Below, in pieces: positions 48,206-57,629 of a stretch of DNA of 64,000 bases (position 1 is its first letter; the number at the start of each line of letters is the position of its first letter). The DNA comes from an uncultured Alphaproteobacteria bacterium. Its GTDB lineage: Bacteria > Pseudomonadota > Alphaproteobacteria > RF32 > CAG-239. A program made the translations under genes and the position numbers. Below the pieces are notes generated by a model. The model did no database searches. It saw only the letters and a list, made by a program, of their open reading frames with translations, and was not told the DNA's origin. The stretch covers positions 141,226 through 205,225 of the forward strand of contig CALXZL010000002.1 in the NCBI GenBank assembly GCA_944393215.1, in the 5' to 3' direction.

Positions 48206-48877
48206 TTAAATAAGAGCATCAATAGACGCTCTTCCATAAGAAGTCAGAACATCTTCACAAAGAGGATACTCGCATAAAACCTTATGCGAAAATACTTCAC
48301 TGGGCATAACCCAAACCCCTTCTTCAATGTTAAAGGCTTTGAGCAAGACCTTAGATTGAGAATAAAAAGTCCATGCAAAGAAAATTTGACCATGACTGCT
48401 GATATATTCAAATTTTCCGACGATTTCACCCAATTCCGGTTTGAATCTTGCTTTTTCCTGAACTTTGGCAATATCCCAATACCAAAAAGGCGAAAGCACA
48501 TATTGTCCGGCAGCATTGTTAGACAAAGTATACATATTGCAGTTTCTGGCAATAAAACTGTCCACATTAGACACACTGCAACAATCAGGCTCAATTACCT
48601 CTGGTAGACCATCAATCCGACAAGCAAAATAATATTTTTTATTTCGCTTAATCAAACTTCCAGACCACAAATAATACGCCTCATCTTCCGCAAACGAAGC
48701 AATATCTTTGTCAAACACTGTACAACCGAAACGAAAACGTACTGTTGCAACTTCTTTGGCATTAAGTTCAAACTTTTTAGCCAAAACCTCTTTTAATACT
48801 TTTTCTGTTAAAACCATAATAGTAAAGTTTAAATTAATTATAAAAGAATAGAATTTGGAATATACACTCTTAGACAA
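48206..48877 (-). CDS. Hypothetical protein of about 203-223 aa. The likely start is at the internal Met MVLTEKVLKEV near 48817.
   Basis: The ORF alone supports it, with no recognisable domain. Confidence 0.4.
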   Translation of the reverse strand: MSKSVYSKFYSFIINLNFTIMVLTEKVLKEVLAKKFELNAKEVATVRFRFGCTVFDKDIASFAEDEAYYLWSGSLIKRNKKYYFACRIDGLPEVIEPDCCSVSNVDSFIARNCNMYTLSNNAAGQYVLSPFWYWDIAKVQEKARFKPELGEIVGKFEYISSHGQIFFAWTFYSQSKVLLKAFNIEEGVWVMPSEVFSHKVLCEYPLCEDVLTSYGRASIDALI

Positions 48878-48922
48878 AAATATGCAACAAAAAAAGCAGT
48901 CGAAAACTCGACTGCTCCAAAA

Positions 48923-49642
48923 TTATCGTCCCAACCGATAAATAAATCCATATTTATCAGCTTTTACACTGTTTGAGCCGATATGCACCATCGCTTGTCC
49001 GGATGAAATCGGCGCCATAGAAGCATCATCCGCCAACAAATTCCAAGAAATAAAATCTTGTTTCAACACATCAAAAAACAAATCAACATATTGTTTTTTA
49101 CCAAGCTTACGACGAATGAGCCACACAATATGCCTCTCCTTTCGATTGCTGATAAAACGCCCCCGAATATTATAATCCAGCAAAGTTCCGCCTTTTTGTT
49201 TAACCGCAAAATCCAAAACTTTTGCTTTATTCAAGGACCAAGGCTCTATCAAGCTCTGCATACCGTCATTAACATCTACAAAAAGCTGAAATGTCTTTTC
49301 TTCCGGTGTGTCAAAAGAGATAGAAGAAACATAAACAACCGATTCGTTAGCATAAGGAAAAACATCTATAGGAACCATAAAATAAGTTTTCTCCATAGGT
49401 TCTTTTTCTAAAATTTGCGGCATTGCCGTAAACCAGCGTGTAATTCCCAAAAGAATATCCGAATACTCAACAATCCAGAGTTTATATTCCTTGCCTTTTT
49501 GATAAATCAAGCGACCATGTTCAACATAATCTTGATAACAACGCACTTTTTTTAAACGCAAGCGCCTTATACCCTGCCCCAAATGAGAATTACGACCAAC
49601 TTGATCCAAAATTTGTTTTTCGGAAAAATTCAAATAATACAT
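48923..49642 (-). CDS. Hypothetical protein, 239 aa
   Basis: The ORF has no recognisable domain and lies downstream of gyrA on the same strand. Confidence 0.4.
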   Translation of the reverse strand: MYYLNFSEKQILDQVGRNSHLGQGIRRLRLKKVRCYQDYVEHGRLIYQKGKEYKLWIVEYSDILLGITRWFTAMPQILEKEPMEKTYFMVPIDVFPYANESVVYVSSISFDTPEEKTFQLFVDVNDGMQSLIEPWSLNKAKVLDFAVKQKGGTLLDYNIRGRFISNRKERHIVWLIRRKLGKKQYVDLFFDVLKQDFISWNLLADDASMAPISSGQAMVHIGSNSVKADKYGFIYRLGR

Positions 49643-49921
49643 AAGCCAATATTTTTTAGGTTATACATAAAATAATTTCTGATAAAAAAGGGAGATAAAA
49701 ATTCTAAGCCTAAACAAAGAAAATTTATCTCCCCTTCAAATTTGACATTTGCCTATCGGTTTCGGTTTAAGTTAATATAAAATGGGACAATAACTTATTG
49801 TGACAGCAAATACCGAAAGGCACAGATTCACATCTCTCCCAAATGCAAATTTGAAATAACATAATTAGTTATAAATGATAAAAAAGTAAACGTATCATAC
49901 ATACAAATCTCAAAAATGCAA

Positions 49922-49960
49922 CAAAAAACTCTCTATCCAAGATAGAGAGTTTTTTGTCTA
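49922..49960. terminator. Bidirectional terminator hairpin downstream of gyrA (aactctctatc-caa-gatagagagtt flanked by A- and T-runs)
   Basis: Read from the sequence. Confidence 0.65.
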
Positions 49961-49973
49961 AATGAAGAAAAAG

Positions 49974-52817
49974 CTAAGCATCCTCCCCGTCAGTTTCAAC
50001 TTCGGGTTCGCTTACACCGCTGTCTTCCTCCGTATCGGCAACACTTTCACCCAAGACTTCGCTTCCGGTTTCTTCCTCAAGCTCTTCTTCATCTTCGGCA
50101 TCGGCATCAAGCCAGGTAACGGAAACAACTTTTTCGTCTTCGGCGGTTCTGAACAAGATAACACCTTGGGTTTTACGTCCGGCAATACGGATGTCGGAAA
50201 CCGGCATACGAATGAGTTTACCACCGTCGGTTACCATCATAATCTGATTATCATCTTCAATCGGGAACGAGCTGACAATTTCTTTATTACGAGCAGACAT
50301 TTCCATATTGGCAATACCCTGACCACCGCGACCGGTAACACGATATTCATAAGATGACGAACGCTTACCGTAACCGGTAGAAGTAACCGAAAGAATAAAT
50401 TGTTCATTTTCCTTCATCTTCAAATATTTGTCTTCCGGTAAAACATCCAAATTAATACCGGTATCAGCTAAAGCAATTTCGTCTTCGCTGACATTTCTTT
50501 CTGCCATTAAGCGTTTAACGGCGGAACGAACACGAGAATATTCATCACGTTCTTCGGTCGAGGCTTCGCTATGGTTCAAAATAGACATGGAGATAACTTC
50601 ATCGCCGTCGGCTAATTTGATACCGCGAACACCGGTAGAATTACGACCGACAAAGACACGAACTTCGGTAACCGGGAAGCGGATGCACTTACCGCTACGA
50701 GCTGCCAACATAATATCATTATCTTCTTGACAGATACGAACGTTAATCAGTTTGTCGCCTTCATCAAGTTTCATCGCTATCTTACCGTTTGATTGAACAT
50801 TGACAAAGTCCATCAATGAGTTACGACGAACATTACCTTGCGATGTGGCAAACATAATCGACATATTCTCGCATTCTGCCTCATTCTCCGGCAATTTCAT
50901 AATTGTGGTGATGGTTTCACCGGCATCAAGCGGCAAGAGGTTAATGAAGGGCTTACCCTTAGAGGTCGGAGAACCCAAAGGCAATTTATAAACCTTCATC
51001 TTATAGACCAAACCTTTGGAAGAGAAGAAGAGTACCGGTGTATGTGTTGAAGCCACAAACAGACGAGAAACAAAATCTTCTTCTTTGGTCGCCATACCGG
51101 ACTTTCCTTTACCGCCGCGTTTTTGTGCTTTATAGGCATTCAAAGGAACGCGTTTGATATAGCCGGCATCGGTAACCGTAACCACCATTTCTTCACGTTG
51201 AATAAGAGATTCAATATCGGTATCATATTCAATATCTTCAATTTTGGAACGACGCGGTGTGGCATATTCATCTTTAATGGCAACAAATTCATCACGCATA
51301 ATACCATAGAGTTTTTCGCGCGATGCCAAAATAGAGAGATATTCTTTAATATCTTCACCGATACCGGTCAATTCTTCATGAATTTTATCTCTTTCCAAAC
51401 CGGTCAAGCGTTGCAATTTCAAATCAAGAATAGCTTTGGCTTGGGCTTCGGAAAGACGATAAGTACCGTTTTCAACTTTTCTGTCCGGCTCATCAATGAG
51501 TTTAACCAAAGGCTCGACATCACCGGCGGGCCAAGCTTTGGCAAGCAAAGCATCTTTAGCTTCTTGCGGATTGGAAGATGTGCGAATAAGATCAATCACC
51601 GGATCAATATTTTCCACTGCAATCGCCAAACCAACCAAAACGTGCGCTCTGTCACGCGCTTTATTGAGTAAGAAAATGGTACGACGACGAATAACCTCTT
51701 CACGGAAGGAAACAAAGGCAGAAATAATGTCTTTGAGGTTCATCATCATCGGGCGTCCGCCGTTAATGGCGAGCATATTCATACCAAAGCTGGTTTGCAG
51801 TTGGGTAAACTTATAAAGCTGATTTAAAACCACATCGGCTTGGAAATCTTTTTTGATTTCGATAACCACGCGCACACCGTGACGGTCAGATTCATCACGG
51901 ATATCGGAAATACCGTCAATTTTCTTTTCCTTCACAAGCTCGGCAATTTTGGTCACCAACATAGATTTATTAATCTGATAAGGAATTTCATGAACAATAA
52001 TGGCTTCCTTATCTTTTCTCAGTTCTTCAATCGTGCATTTAGCGCGCATCACAACCGAGCCGCGACCGGTGAGATAAGCCGACTTTGCACCGCTATAACC
52101 CAAGATAAGACCACCGGTCGGAAAATCCGGTCCCGGAACAATATTAATTAAATCTTCAATTGAAATCAGCGGATTATCAATATAAGCGCAGCAAGCATCC
52201 AACACTTCACCCAAGTTATGCGGCGGAATATTGGTTGCCATACCGACGGCAATACCGTTGGCACCGTTGACGAGCAAGTTTGGATAAGCGGCAGGAAGGA
52301 CTGTCGGCTCTTGTAAACTTTCATCATAGTTGGGCATAAAGTCAACGGTATCTTTTTCAATGTCATCAATAAGGGCGTGAGCAACTTTTGCCAAACGAGC
52401 CTCGGTATAACGCATGGCAGCCGCACTATCACCGTCCATAGAACCGAAGTTACCTTGACCGTCAATAAGAGGTACGCGCATGGAGAAAGGCTGCGCCATA
52501 CGAACCATAGCTTCATAAACAGAGCTATCACCGTGCGGGTGATATTTACCCAAAACATCACCGACGATACGGGCAGATTTTCTGAAAGGCTTATTATAAT
52601 CATAGCCGTTTTCATAAGCCGAATAAATAATACGACGATGCACCGGCTTCAAACCATCACGCACATCCGGCAAAGCACGGGAAACGATAACGCTCATGGC
52701 ATAATCAAGATAAGAGCGTCTCATTTCATCACAAATGCCGATAGGAGAAATATCCTGACCGCTGTTTGGATTAACAGCCTCGGCAACCGTGTCTAAATTT
52801 TCGTTTTCTTCACTCAC
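49974..52817 (-). CDS. gyrA: DNA gyrase subunit A
   Basis: It has the N-terminal [11 protein letters not shown], an active-site Tyr region ([10 protein letters not shown]), the QRDR-like motif [10 protein letters not shown], a C-terminal beta-pinwheel with a GyrA box, and an acidic tail. Confidence 0.97.
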   Translation of the reverse strand: MSEENENLDTVAEAVNPNSGQDISPIGICDEMRRSYLDYAMSVIVSRALPDVRDGLKPVHRRIIYSAYENGYDYNKPFRKSARIVGDVLGKYHPHGDSSVYEAMVRMAQPFSMRVPLIDGQGNFGSMDGDSAAAMRYTEARLAKVAHALIDDIEKDTVDFMPNYDESLQEPTVLPAAYPNLLVNGANGIAVGMATNIPPHNLGEVLDACCAYIDNPLISIEDLINIVPGPDFPTGGLILGYSGAKSAYLTGRGSVVMRAKCTIEELRKDKEAIIVHEIPYQINKSMLVTKIAELVKEKKIDGISDIRDESDRHGVRVVIEIKKDFQADVVLNQLYKFTQLQTSFGMNMLAINGGRPMMMNLKDIISAFVSFREEVIRRRTIFLLNKARDRAHVLVGLAIAVENIDPVIDLIRTSSNPQEAKDALLAKAWPAGDVEPLVKLIDEPDRKVENGTYRLSEAQAKAILDLKLQRLTGLERDKIHEELTGIGEDIKEYLSILASREKLYGIMRDEFVAIKDEYATPRRSKIEDIEYDTDIESLIQREEMVVTVTDAGYIKRVPLNAYKAQKRGGKGKSGMATKEEDFVSRLFVASTHTPVLFFSSKGLVYKMKVYKLPLGSPTSKGKPFINLLPLDAGETITTIMKLPENEAECENMSIMFATSQGNVRRNSLMDFVNVQSNGKIAMKLDEGDKLINVRICQEDNDIMLAARSGKCIRFPVTEVRVFVGRNSTGVRGIKLADGDEVISMSILNHSEASTEERDEYSRVRSAVKRLMAERNVSEDEIALADTGINLDVLPEDKYLKMKENEQFILSVTSTGYGKRSSSYEYRVTGRGGQGIANMEMSARNKEIVSSFPIEDDNQIMMVTDGGKLIRMPVSDIRIAGRKTQGVILFRTAEDEKVVSVTWLDADAEDEEELEEETGSEVLGESVADTEEDSGVSEPEVETDGEDA

Positions 52818-53129
52818 TTTTTTATCCTTTTTAGATTACAAACTGGCAAAAATATAGCAAATTTATCTTTACCCCTCCAGTAAATATTAGAACTTACACA
52901 CATAAAAAAGCATAAATTCCTCTCTACGACCAAAAAAACCGCCTTATTTTTGATTTTCGTTCAAATTCAGATTTTAAAAGTTAACATCAAAATGCTCCAA
53001 AAGCCAAAAAAACGCCTTACAACTAAATATAGTTATCAACATACTTTTATTAATTATTGCTAATTTTTATATAATTGCTATAGTAGATGAATAGAGCTTA
53101 ACAAAAAAATAAGGAAAATCAAATGGTTA

Positions 53130-53139
53130 CCCCCCCCCC
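53130..53139 (+). repeat. Homopolymeric C10 tract in an AT-rich intergenic region, 109 bp upstream of the O-acetyltransferase start codon
   Basis: ggttaccccccccccgagatt is read directly from the sequence. It lies inside a short upstream ORF (ATG 53123) whose frame depends on the tract length. Confidence 0.9.
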
Positions 53140-53247
53140 GAGATTTTAAGCGACATATATCCTTCTTCAACAACAGTCATAAAAAGACACAGTTTGTCTG
53201 TCTCCGAAATGATTTGCGAATACTTAAGCAATTGGACGGAGGCTTGA

Positions 53248-54030
53248 ATGAAAAAATATAGAATGTATAAAATCTTATCCTTAGTAACCTTAGGCAAGCT
53301 TCACAAAAAATATAAACGTAAATATCGCGAAGAAAAAAATTCTTTTATTTTGCAGAGAGAAGAAAAACATAAAAATCAACTAAAAGAAGCCCAAATATTT
53401 GCAACAAAACAATACAACCGAAAACAACGCGAAGAAAATAACAATAAAATTATTTTAATTGATGAAAATGGAAATGAAAATCTTAGTGATTATGTGGAGG
53501 AATTAAATATCTCATTTTGTGGTAAAAATTCTACTGTAAAGATAAATTTTAATAGCAAATTTAATAATGCTAAAATAATAATTTTTGATAATTCCTTGCT
53601 CTCGATTGGGAAAAATTTTAGCAACAACCCACCTCTAACTATTTATTGCTGCACTCCTAATCAGTTAATTACCATTGGGAATGATTGTATGTTTTCTTGG
53701 GACGTTACCATCCACAATACCGATCACCATGCCATAACATCGGAAACCAATATTATAAATACATCATCTTCATTGACTATCGGAAATCATGTATGGATAG
53801 GACAAAATGCAACTATTTTAAAAAATTCCTACATTCCTGATAACTCAATTATTGCCGCAGGAGCCATTTACACATCGTCAAGTTTCAAAGAAAAAGATGT
53901 TTCTACAAACACACAAAACAAAGGTTATATTTTTGCCGGAAATCCTGCCAAATGTGTAAAAACAGGTGATTTTACCTGGCATCGAGAAAATTGCCAAAAA
54001 TTAATGGAAGAACATCCCGAATTCAAATAA
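53248..54030 (+). CDS. Left-handed beta-helix (hexapeptide-repeat) acetyltransferase with a basic N-terminal extension of about 90 aa; sugar O-acetyltransferase-like
   Basis: Hexapeptide repeats are present: IGNDCMFSWDVTIHNTDHH, IGNHVWIGQNATILKNSYIPDNSIIAAGAIY, and GNPAKCVK. A GGAGG RBS precedes the start. Confidence 0.75.
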   Translation: MKKYRMYKILSLVTLGKLHKKYKRKYREEKNSFILQREEKHKNQLKEAQIFATKQYNRKQREENNNKIILIDENGNENLSDYVEELNISFCGKNSTVKINFNSKFNNAKIIIFDNSLLSIGKNFSNNPPLTIYCCTPNQLITIGNDCMFSWDVTIHNTDHHAITSETNIINTSSSLTIGNHVWIGQNATILKNSYIPDNSIIAAGAIYTSSSFKEKDVSTNTQNKGYIFAGNPAKCVKTGDFTWHRENCQKLMEEHPEFK

Positions 54031-54075
54031 TTCTTTATTCGTCATAAAAAATATGCTATATTACAATAGCTGAAA

Positions 54076-54882
54076 TTGTATAAATGGATATTTATGATGA
54101 CCGATAAACAGCAGCTGATTGATGAAGCCATTAATAAAATTATAGAAAAAGCCGGCAGTTCTCAAATACAATCCGATATAGCCTTGGATGAAGAACAGCT
54201 TGAATTGCTGTCTCAATTAAATATCTTCTGCGTCCAACAAGTTTTAGACGATGAAGAAGTCAAAAGAGATCCGCGCAAAATCGGATATAAAACCAATCAG
54301 GAATTTAAAACCGCCCTGGTTGCCCTATGCTTAAGCCGTTCACTGATAAATCCGAGAGCACCTAAAAATTATAACAAAGAATATTTTGATGCCAATATCA
54401 ACGTAGAGACCTTAGAGAACAACATCAAAAACATCACCTTCAAAAACATTGAAGAAAAAGAAGTTGATAAAGCTCTGAATATTGAACTTGTCTGTGATTG
54501 GATGATATACCGAGACAAAAACGGCAAAGGAATAAGAGCCTTAATGGATGCCAAAACGCTGCATCAAGATTTAACCGACTATCAAAAAGGCGGTGATCCG
54601 GTTTATGAATTTGCCCGATTTGAACGCAAATTATATGAAAAGAAACAAAGCAAAGAAATATTTAGCAAAGAAAGCGCACAAGAAGCATTTCGCAACACGA
54701 TAGTTCAACAAGTTGCCGCCGAAATAGCCAAGCAGCAAATTGCCTCGGGGCAAAATCCCATGGAATTGGTCAATTTACTGTTTGCCCCGCAAGATTATAA
54801 CTACGCCATCCAAAAAATGTTGGATAAGCCGATATCTACTCCGCTGATTGAACACAAAAAAAAGAAAAAAAAGAAAAAATAA
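54076..54882 (+). CDS. Hypothetical protein, 262-268 aa, ending in a poly-lysine tail (HKKKKKKKKK) encoded by an A8-G-A8-G-A6 tract
   Basis: The ORF has no recognisable domain. The C-terminal homopolymeric-A coding tract is 54856..54883. A bidirectional terminator follows at 54891..54925. Confidence 0.5.
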   Translation: MYKWIFMMTDKQQLIDEAINKIIEKAGSSQIQSDIALDEEQLELLSQLNIFCVQQVLDDEEVKRDPRKIGYKTNQEFKTALVALCLSRSLINPRAPKNYNKEYFDANINVETLENNIKNITFKNIEEKEVDKALNIELVCDWMIYRDKNGKGIRALMDAKTLHQDLTDYQKGGDPVYEFARFERKLYEKKQSKEIFSKESAQEAFRNTIVQQVAAEIAKQQIASGQNPMELVNLLFAPQDYNYAIQKMLDKPISTPLIEHKKKKKKKK

Positions 54883-54890
54883 TAAGCATA

Positions 54891-54925
54891 AAAAAACCTC
54901 GTTATAAAAAACGAGGTTTTTTTCT
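54891..54925. terminator. Bidirectional terminator (aaacctcgtt-ataaaaa-acgaggttt flanked by A- and T-runs) between the 54076 gene and ssb
   Basis: Read from the sequence. Confidence 0.7.
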
Positions 54926-54939
54926 CATTTCTAACCTGA

Positions 54940-55401
54940 TTAAAACGGAATATCATCATCCAAATCGGCAGCCGGTGCGGCAGAAGCAGAATCCCAACCG
55001 GAAGCAGAACCTGAGAAAACATCATTTCCGCCGGCAGGAGCCCCGTCACCACGACCATCCAACAGAACTAACGTACCGGCATAGTTTTGCAAAACAATCT
55101 CGGTCGTATAACGTTCTTGACCATTATTATCTTCCCATTTGCGTGTTTGGAGCTGACCTTCCAAATAAACCTTGGAGCCTTTACGCAAATATCTCTCGGC
55201 AATATCGGCCAGTTGGCTGTTAAAAATAACCACACGATGCCACTCGGTTCTTTCTTTACGCTCCCCGGAAAGTTTATCCTTCCAAACATCGGAAGTTGCA
55301 ATATTCAAATTAACAATTTTGGTACCGTTAGCGGTATTACTGACCTTTGGATCTGCACCCAAATTACCGACCAAAATCACTTTATTAATGCTGCTGACCA
55401 T
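54940..55401 (-). CDS. ssb: Single-stranded DNA-binding protein
   Basis: The OB-fold region is [20 protein letters not shown]...TEWHRVVIF, followed by a Gly-rich linker and a C-terminal acidic tip DLDDDIPF. Confidence 0.95.
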   Translation of the reverse strand: MVSSINKVILVGNLGADPKVSNTANGTKIVNLNIATSDVWKDKLSGERKERTEWHRVVIFNSQLADIAERYLRKGSKVYLEGQLQTRKWEDNNGQERYTTEIVLQNYAGTLVLLDGRGDGAPAGGNDVFSGSASGWDSASAAPAADLDDDIPF

Positions 55402-55477
55402 ATTATCACCTTACTTAAACAAATAAATTAAAAACTTCTAATGATTATATATAGAAAAAAAGAGAAGGAAACAAAAA

Positions 55478-56617
55478 TCAATAAACCTGTGCATATTCCC
55501 CGTTATTAAGTTTATAAATGCTATAATTTACGGGATTTTCAGGCATTCCGTTCACAAAAGTTTCTTCCCCCCAAGCCGTATTAACCGTCATATTTTTTGA
55601 AACGGACGCTAATTTGTCAAACAAATAAGAATCCGCCTTTTCCACCATATCCGCCCAAAGTTTAACCGCCGAATACGAATATACGCTCACGCCTTGAGGC
55701 TCAATTCCGAGCAGACGTAGTTTAACCAGTGTTTCGGTAAATTCGGTATTTTCCTTCAATGTCGGTAAAGAAAGAAAATATGTTCCGTCGGCATATTTTC
55801 CCATTTTTTCGCCGTAATAACCTTCAATTTGATATCTATTAACAAATATGGCTAAATTTTTATCTTCTGATTTCAATTCCTTTGCCAATTTTGTAACTTC
55901 TCTGCGATTACCGAGAATCAAAACAACTTTAGTTTTTTCTTTAAGCACATCTTCAGCCAATTGGTCATAATCGCTGTCATAAGCCGTAAAATTAAAACTC
56001 TTAAAATCAAGCATTTTACCGGATTTAAGAAACTCTTCCTGCAAAGCGGAAGCCACACCGACAATCTCTTTATTGGCACCGTTATAAACCAGAGCCATTT
56101 TCTGCATATCAAAATTTTTAAGATAATATTTAAAGAAAGCCAAACTCTGTTGTTCGCTGTTACCGACCAAAGCAATAGTACTACTTGGCTTATCCACCAA
56201 CTCATAAGCACTGACCGAAGTCGGAACAATTTGTAAAATTTTGGCATTGGCATAAATATCGGAAACTTGCTTGAGAGCATTTTGACAATAAGGTCCGACC
56301 ACCAAATTCATTTTATCTTTGGAAGAAGAATTAACCGCCATCATCTGAGCGGTTGAAACGGCTAAAGTATCATTACATTGATCATCAACCACCACCAGAT
56401 TGATTTTTTCGCCGTTTAATCCACCGTCATGATTAATTTCGTTAACGGCAATACGAGCGCCGCTGACCAATTCTTTTCCGAGATGTTCATAATCACCGGC
56501 TAACGGAGCAATAATAGCAACATTAATATCCGCCTTTGCCAATGAAGGAAAAAGTAGTCCGCAGCATCCGCACAAAATTATTTTTTTCAAAATTCTAAGC
56601 ATATAATTCTTGAACAA
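55478..56617 (-). CDS. ABC transporter periplasmic substrate-binding protein, branched-chain amino-acid (LivJ/Peripla_BP_6) family
   Basis: It has a signal peptide and INVAIIAPLAGDYEHLGKELVSGARIAVNEINHDGGLNGEKINLVVVDDQC, which is typical of Leu/Ile/Val-binding proteins. Confidence 0.8.
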   Translation of the reverse strand: MFKNYMLRILKKIILCGCCGLLFPSLAKADINVAIIAPLAGDYEHLGKELVSGARIAVNEINHDGGLNGEKINLVVVDDQCNDTLAVSTAQMMAVNSSSKDKMNLVVGPYCQNALKQVSDIYANAKILQIVPTSVSAYELVDKPSSTIALVGNSEQQSLAFFKYYLKNFDMQKMALVYNGANKEIVGVASALQEEFLKSGKMLDFKSFNFTAYDSDYDQLAEDVLKEKTKVVLILGNRREVTKLAKELKSEDKNLAIFVNRYQIEGYYGEKMGKYADGTYFLSLPTLKENTEFTETLVKLRLLGIEPQGVSVYSYSAVKLWADMVEKADSYLFDKLASVSKNMTVNTAWGEETFVNGMPENPVNYSIYKLNNGEYAQVY

Positions 56618-56678
56618 TTTGTTTTAAATACAACCTGTTATGATAATTTCTTTTTCTTTTTTTGCAAGTTTTTTTAGC

Positions 56679-57629
56679 TTAGGCAAGCAAATGCAAATCA
56701 TCCAGAGGAACAATTTCAGCTAAAACATCACCTTCCCATATAATATGTCCGACTGTCAAAATCTGTAATATTCCGTCCATCGGCGCAATAATATTTATTT
56801 TTTCCGCCAAATTTTCCGAATTTGCGATCCACCCGATAACCTCTCCTTTTTTAAGCTTTGAACCTAATTTTTTTTCAGGTTTGAACAAACCGCAAGTCGG
56901 AGAAAAGATTTTATTTCTTTTTTCAAAGCGATAAATGGAAGATGATAAAGCTTTGCCTTTCAATTTTTCGACCAGTTTCAATTCTGATAAAACCGCAGAA
57001 ACAGCCTGATAAACCGCCGCAATTTTATTTTCATCATATTCATTATGACCGCCACACTCTATGGCAATATTGGCAATTCCGGCTCGATCCAACGCGGCAT
57101 TAAACGTACCGTGCAAAGAAGGAATACTGGCATCATCGGAATATTGATTATAAGGCAAACCGCAAGCTTTGACTATCGGTTCATATTCAAATTTGGTATA
57201 AATGGCAAACGGATTAGAGCTTTTAGAAGTGTGCAAATCCAAAACAAAATCAGCTTTGGTTGCCAAATCAAAAATAGCAGCACAAATACGAGCATTAACA
57301 TCTCCGTGAGCATTTCCGGGGAAGCAACGATTAAAGTCTTTACCGTCAAGCAAGCTGAACTTTCCGAAAGTGGAAAAATAAGCACGCTGCATCCATGCCA
57401 TTGGGTTAGCATAGGGAACAACATGCACTTCGCCGCATTTGAGATTATTCATCAAAAACGAGTGAAGCTGATACAACACCCATTGTGAGGTTTCCCCACC
57501 ATGCAAACCAGCTTGAATATACAAAACTTTTCCGGCTGTCGGCGCTTTATAAACAAACTCATTTAAACAAATTTCGGTAGCACCGCCTGCTGTCAGGACT
57601 TTATGTTTTTTTACTGAATAATCAATCAT
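56679..57629 (-). CDS. Succinylglutamate desuccinylase/aspartoacylase (AstE/AspA) family zinc deacylase
   Basis: Zinc-binding motifs are present: AGLHGGETS (G-x-H-G-x-E) and a downstream His/Glu. Its start overlaps the stop of the upstream ATP-grasp-like gene by 8 bp. Confidence 0.75.
   Translation of the reverse strand: MIDYSVKKHKVLTAGGATEICLNEFVYKAPTAGKVLYIQAGLHGGETSQWVLYQLHSFLMNNLKCGEVHVVPYANPMAWMQRAYFSTFGKFSLLDGKDFNRCFPGNAHGDVNARICAAIFDLATKADFVLDLHTSKSSNPFAIYTKFEYEPIVKACGLPYNQYSDDASIPSLHGTFNAALDRAGIANIAIECGGHNEYDENKIAAVYQAVSAVLSELKLVEKLKGKALSSSIYRFEKRNKIFSPTCGLFKPEKKLGSKLKKGEVIGWIANSENLAEKINIIAPMDGILQILTVGHIIWEGDVLAEIVPLDDLHLLA

Noticed and set aside
50428-52796. Several ORFs of 100-182 aa antisense to gyrA
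   Set aside because: They are nested in gyrA and have no independent support.
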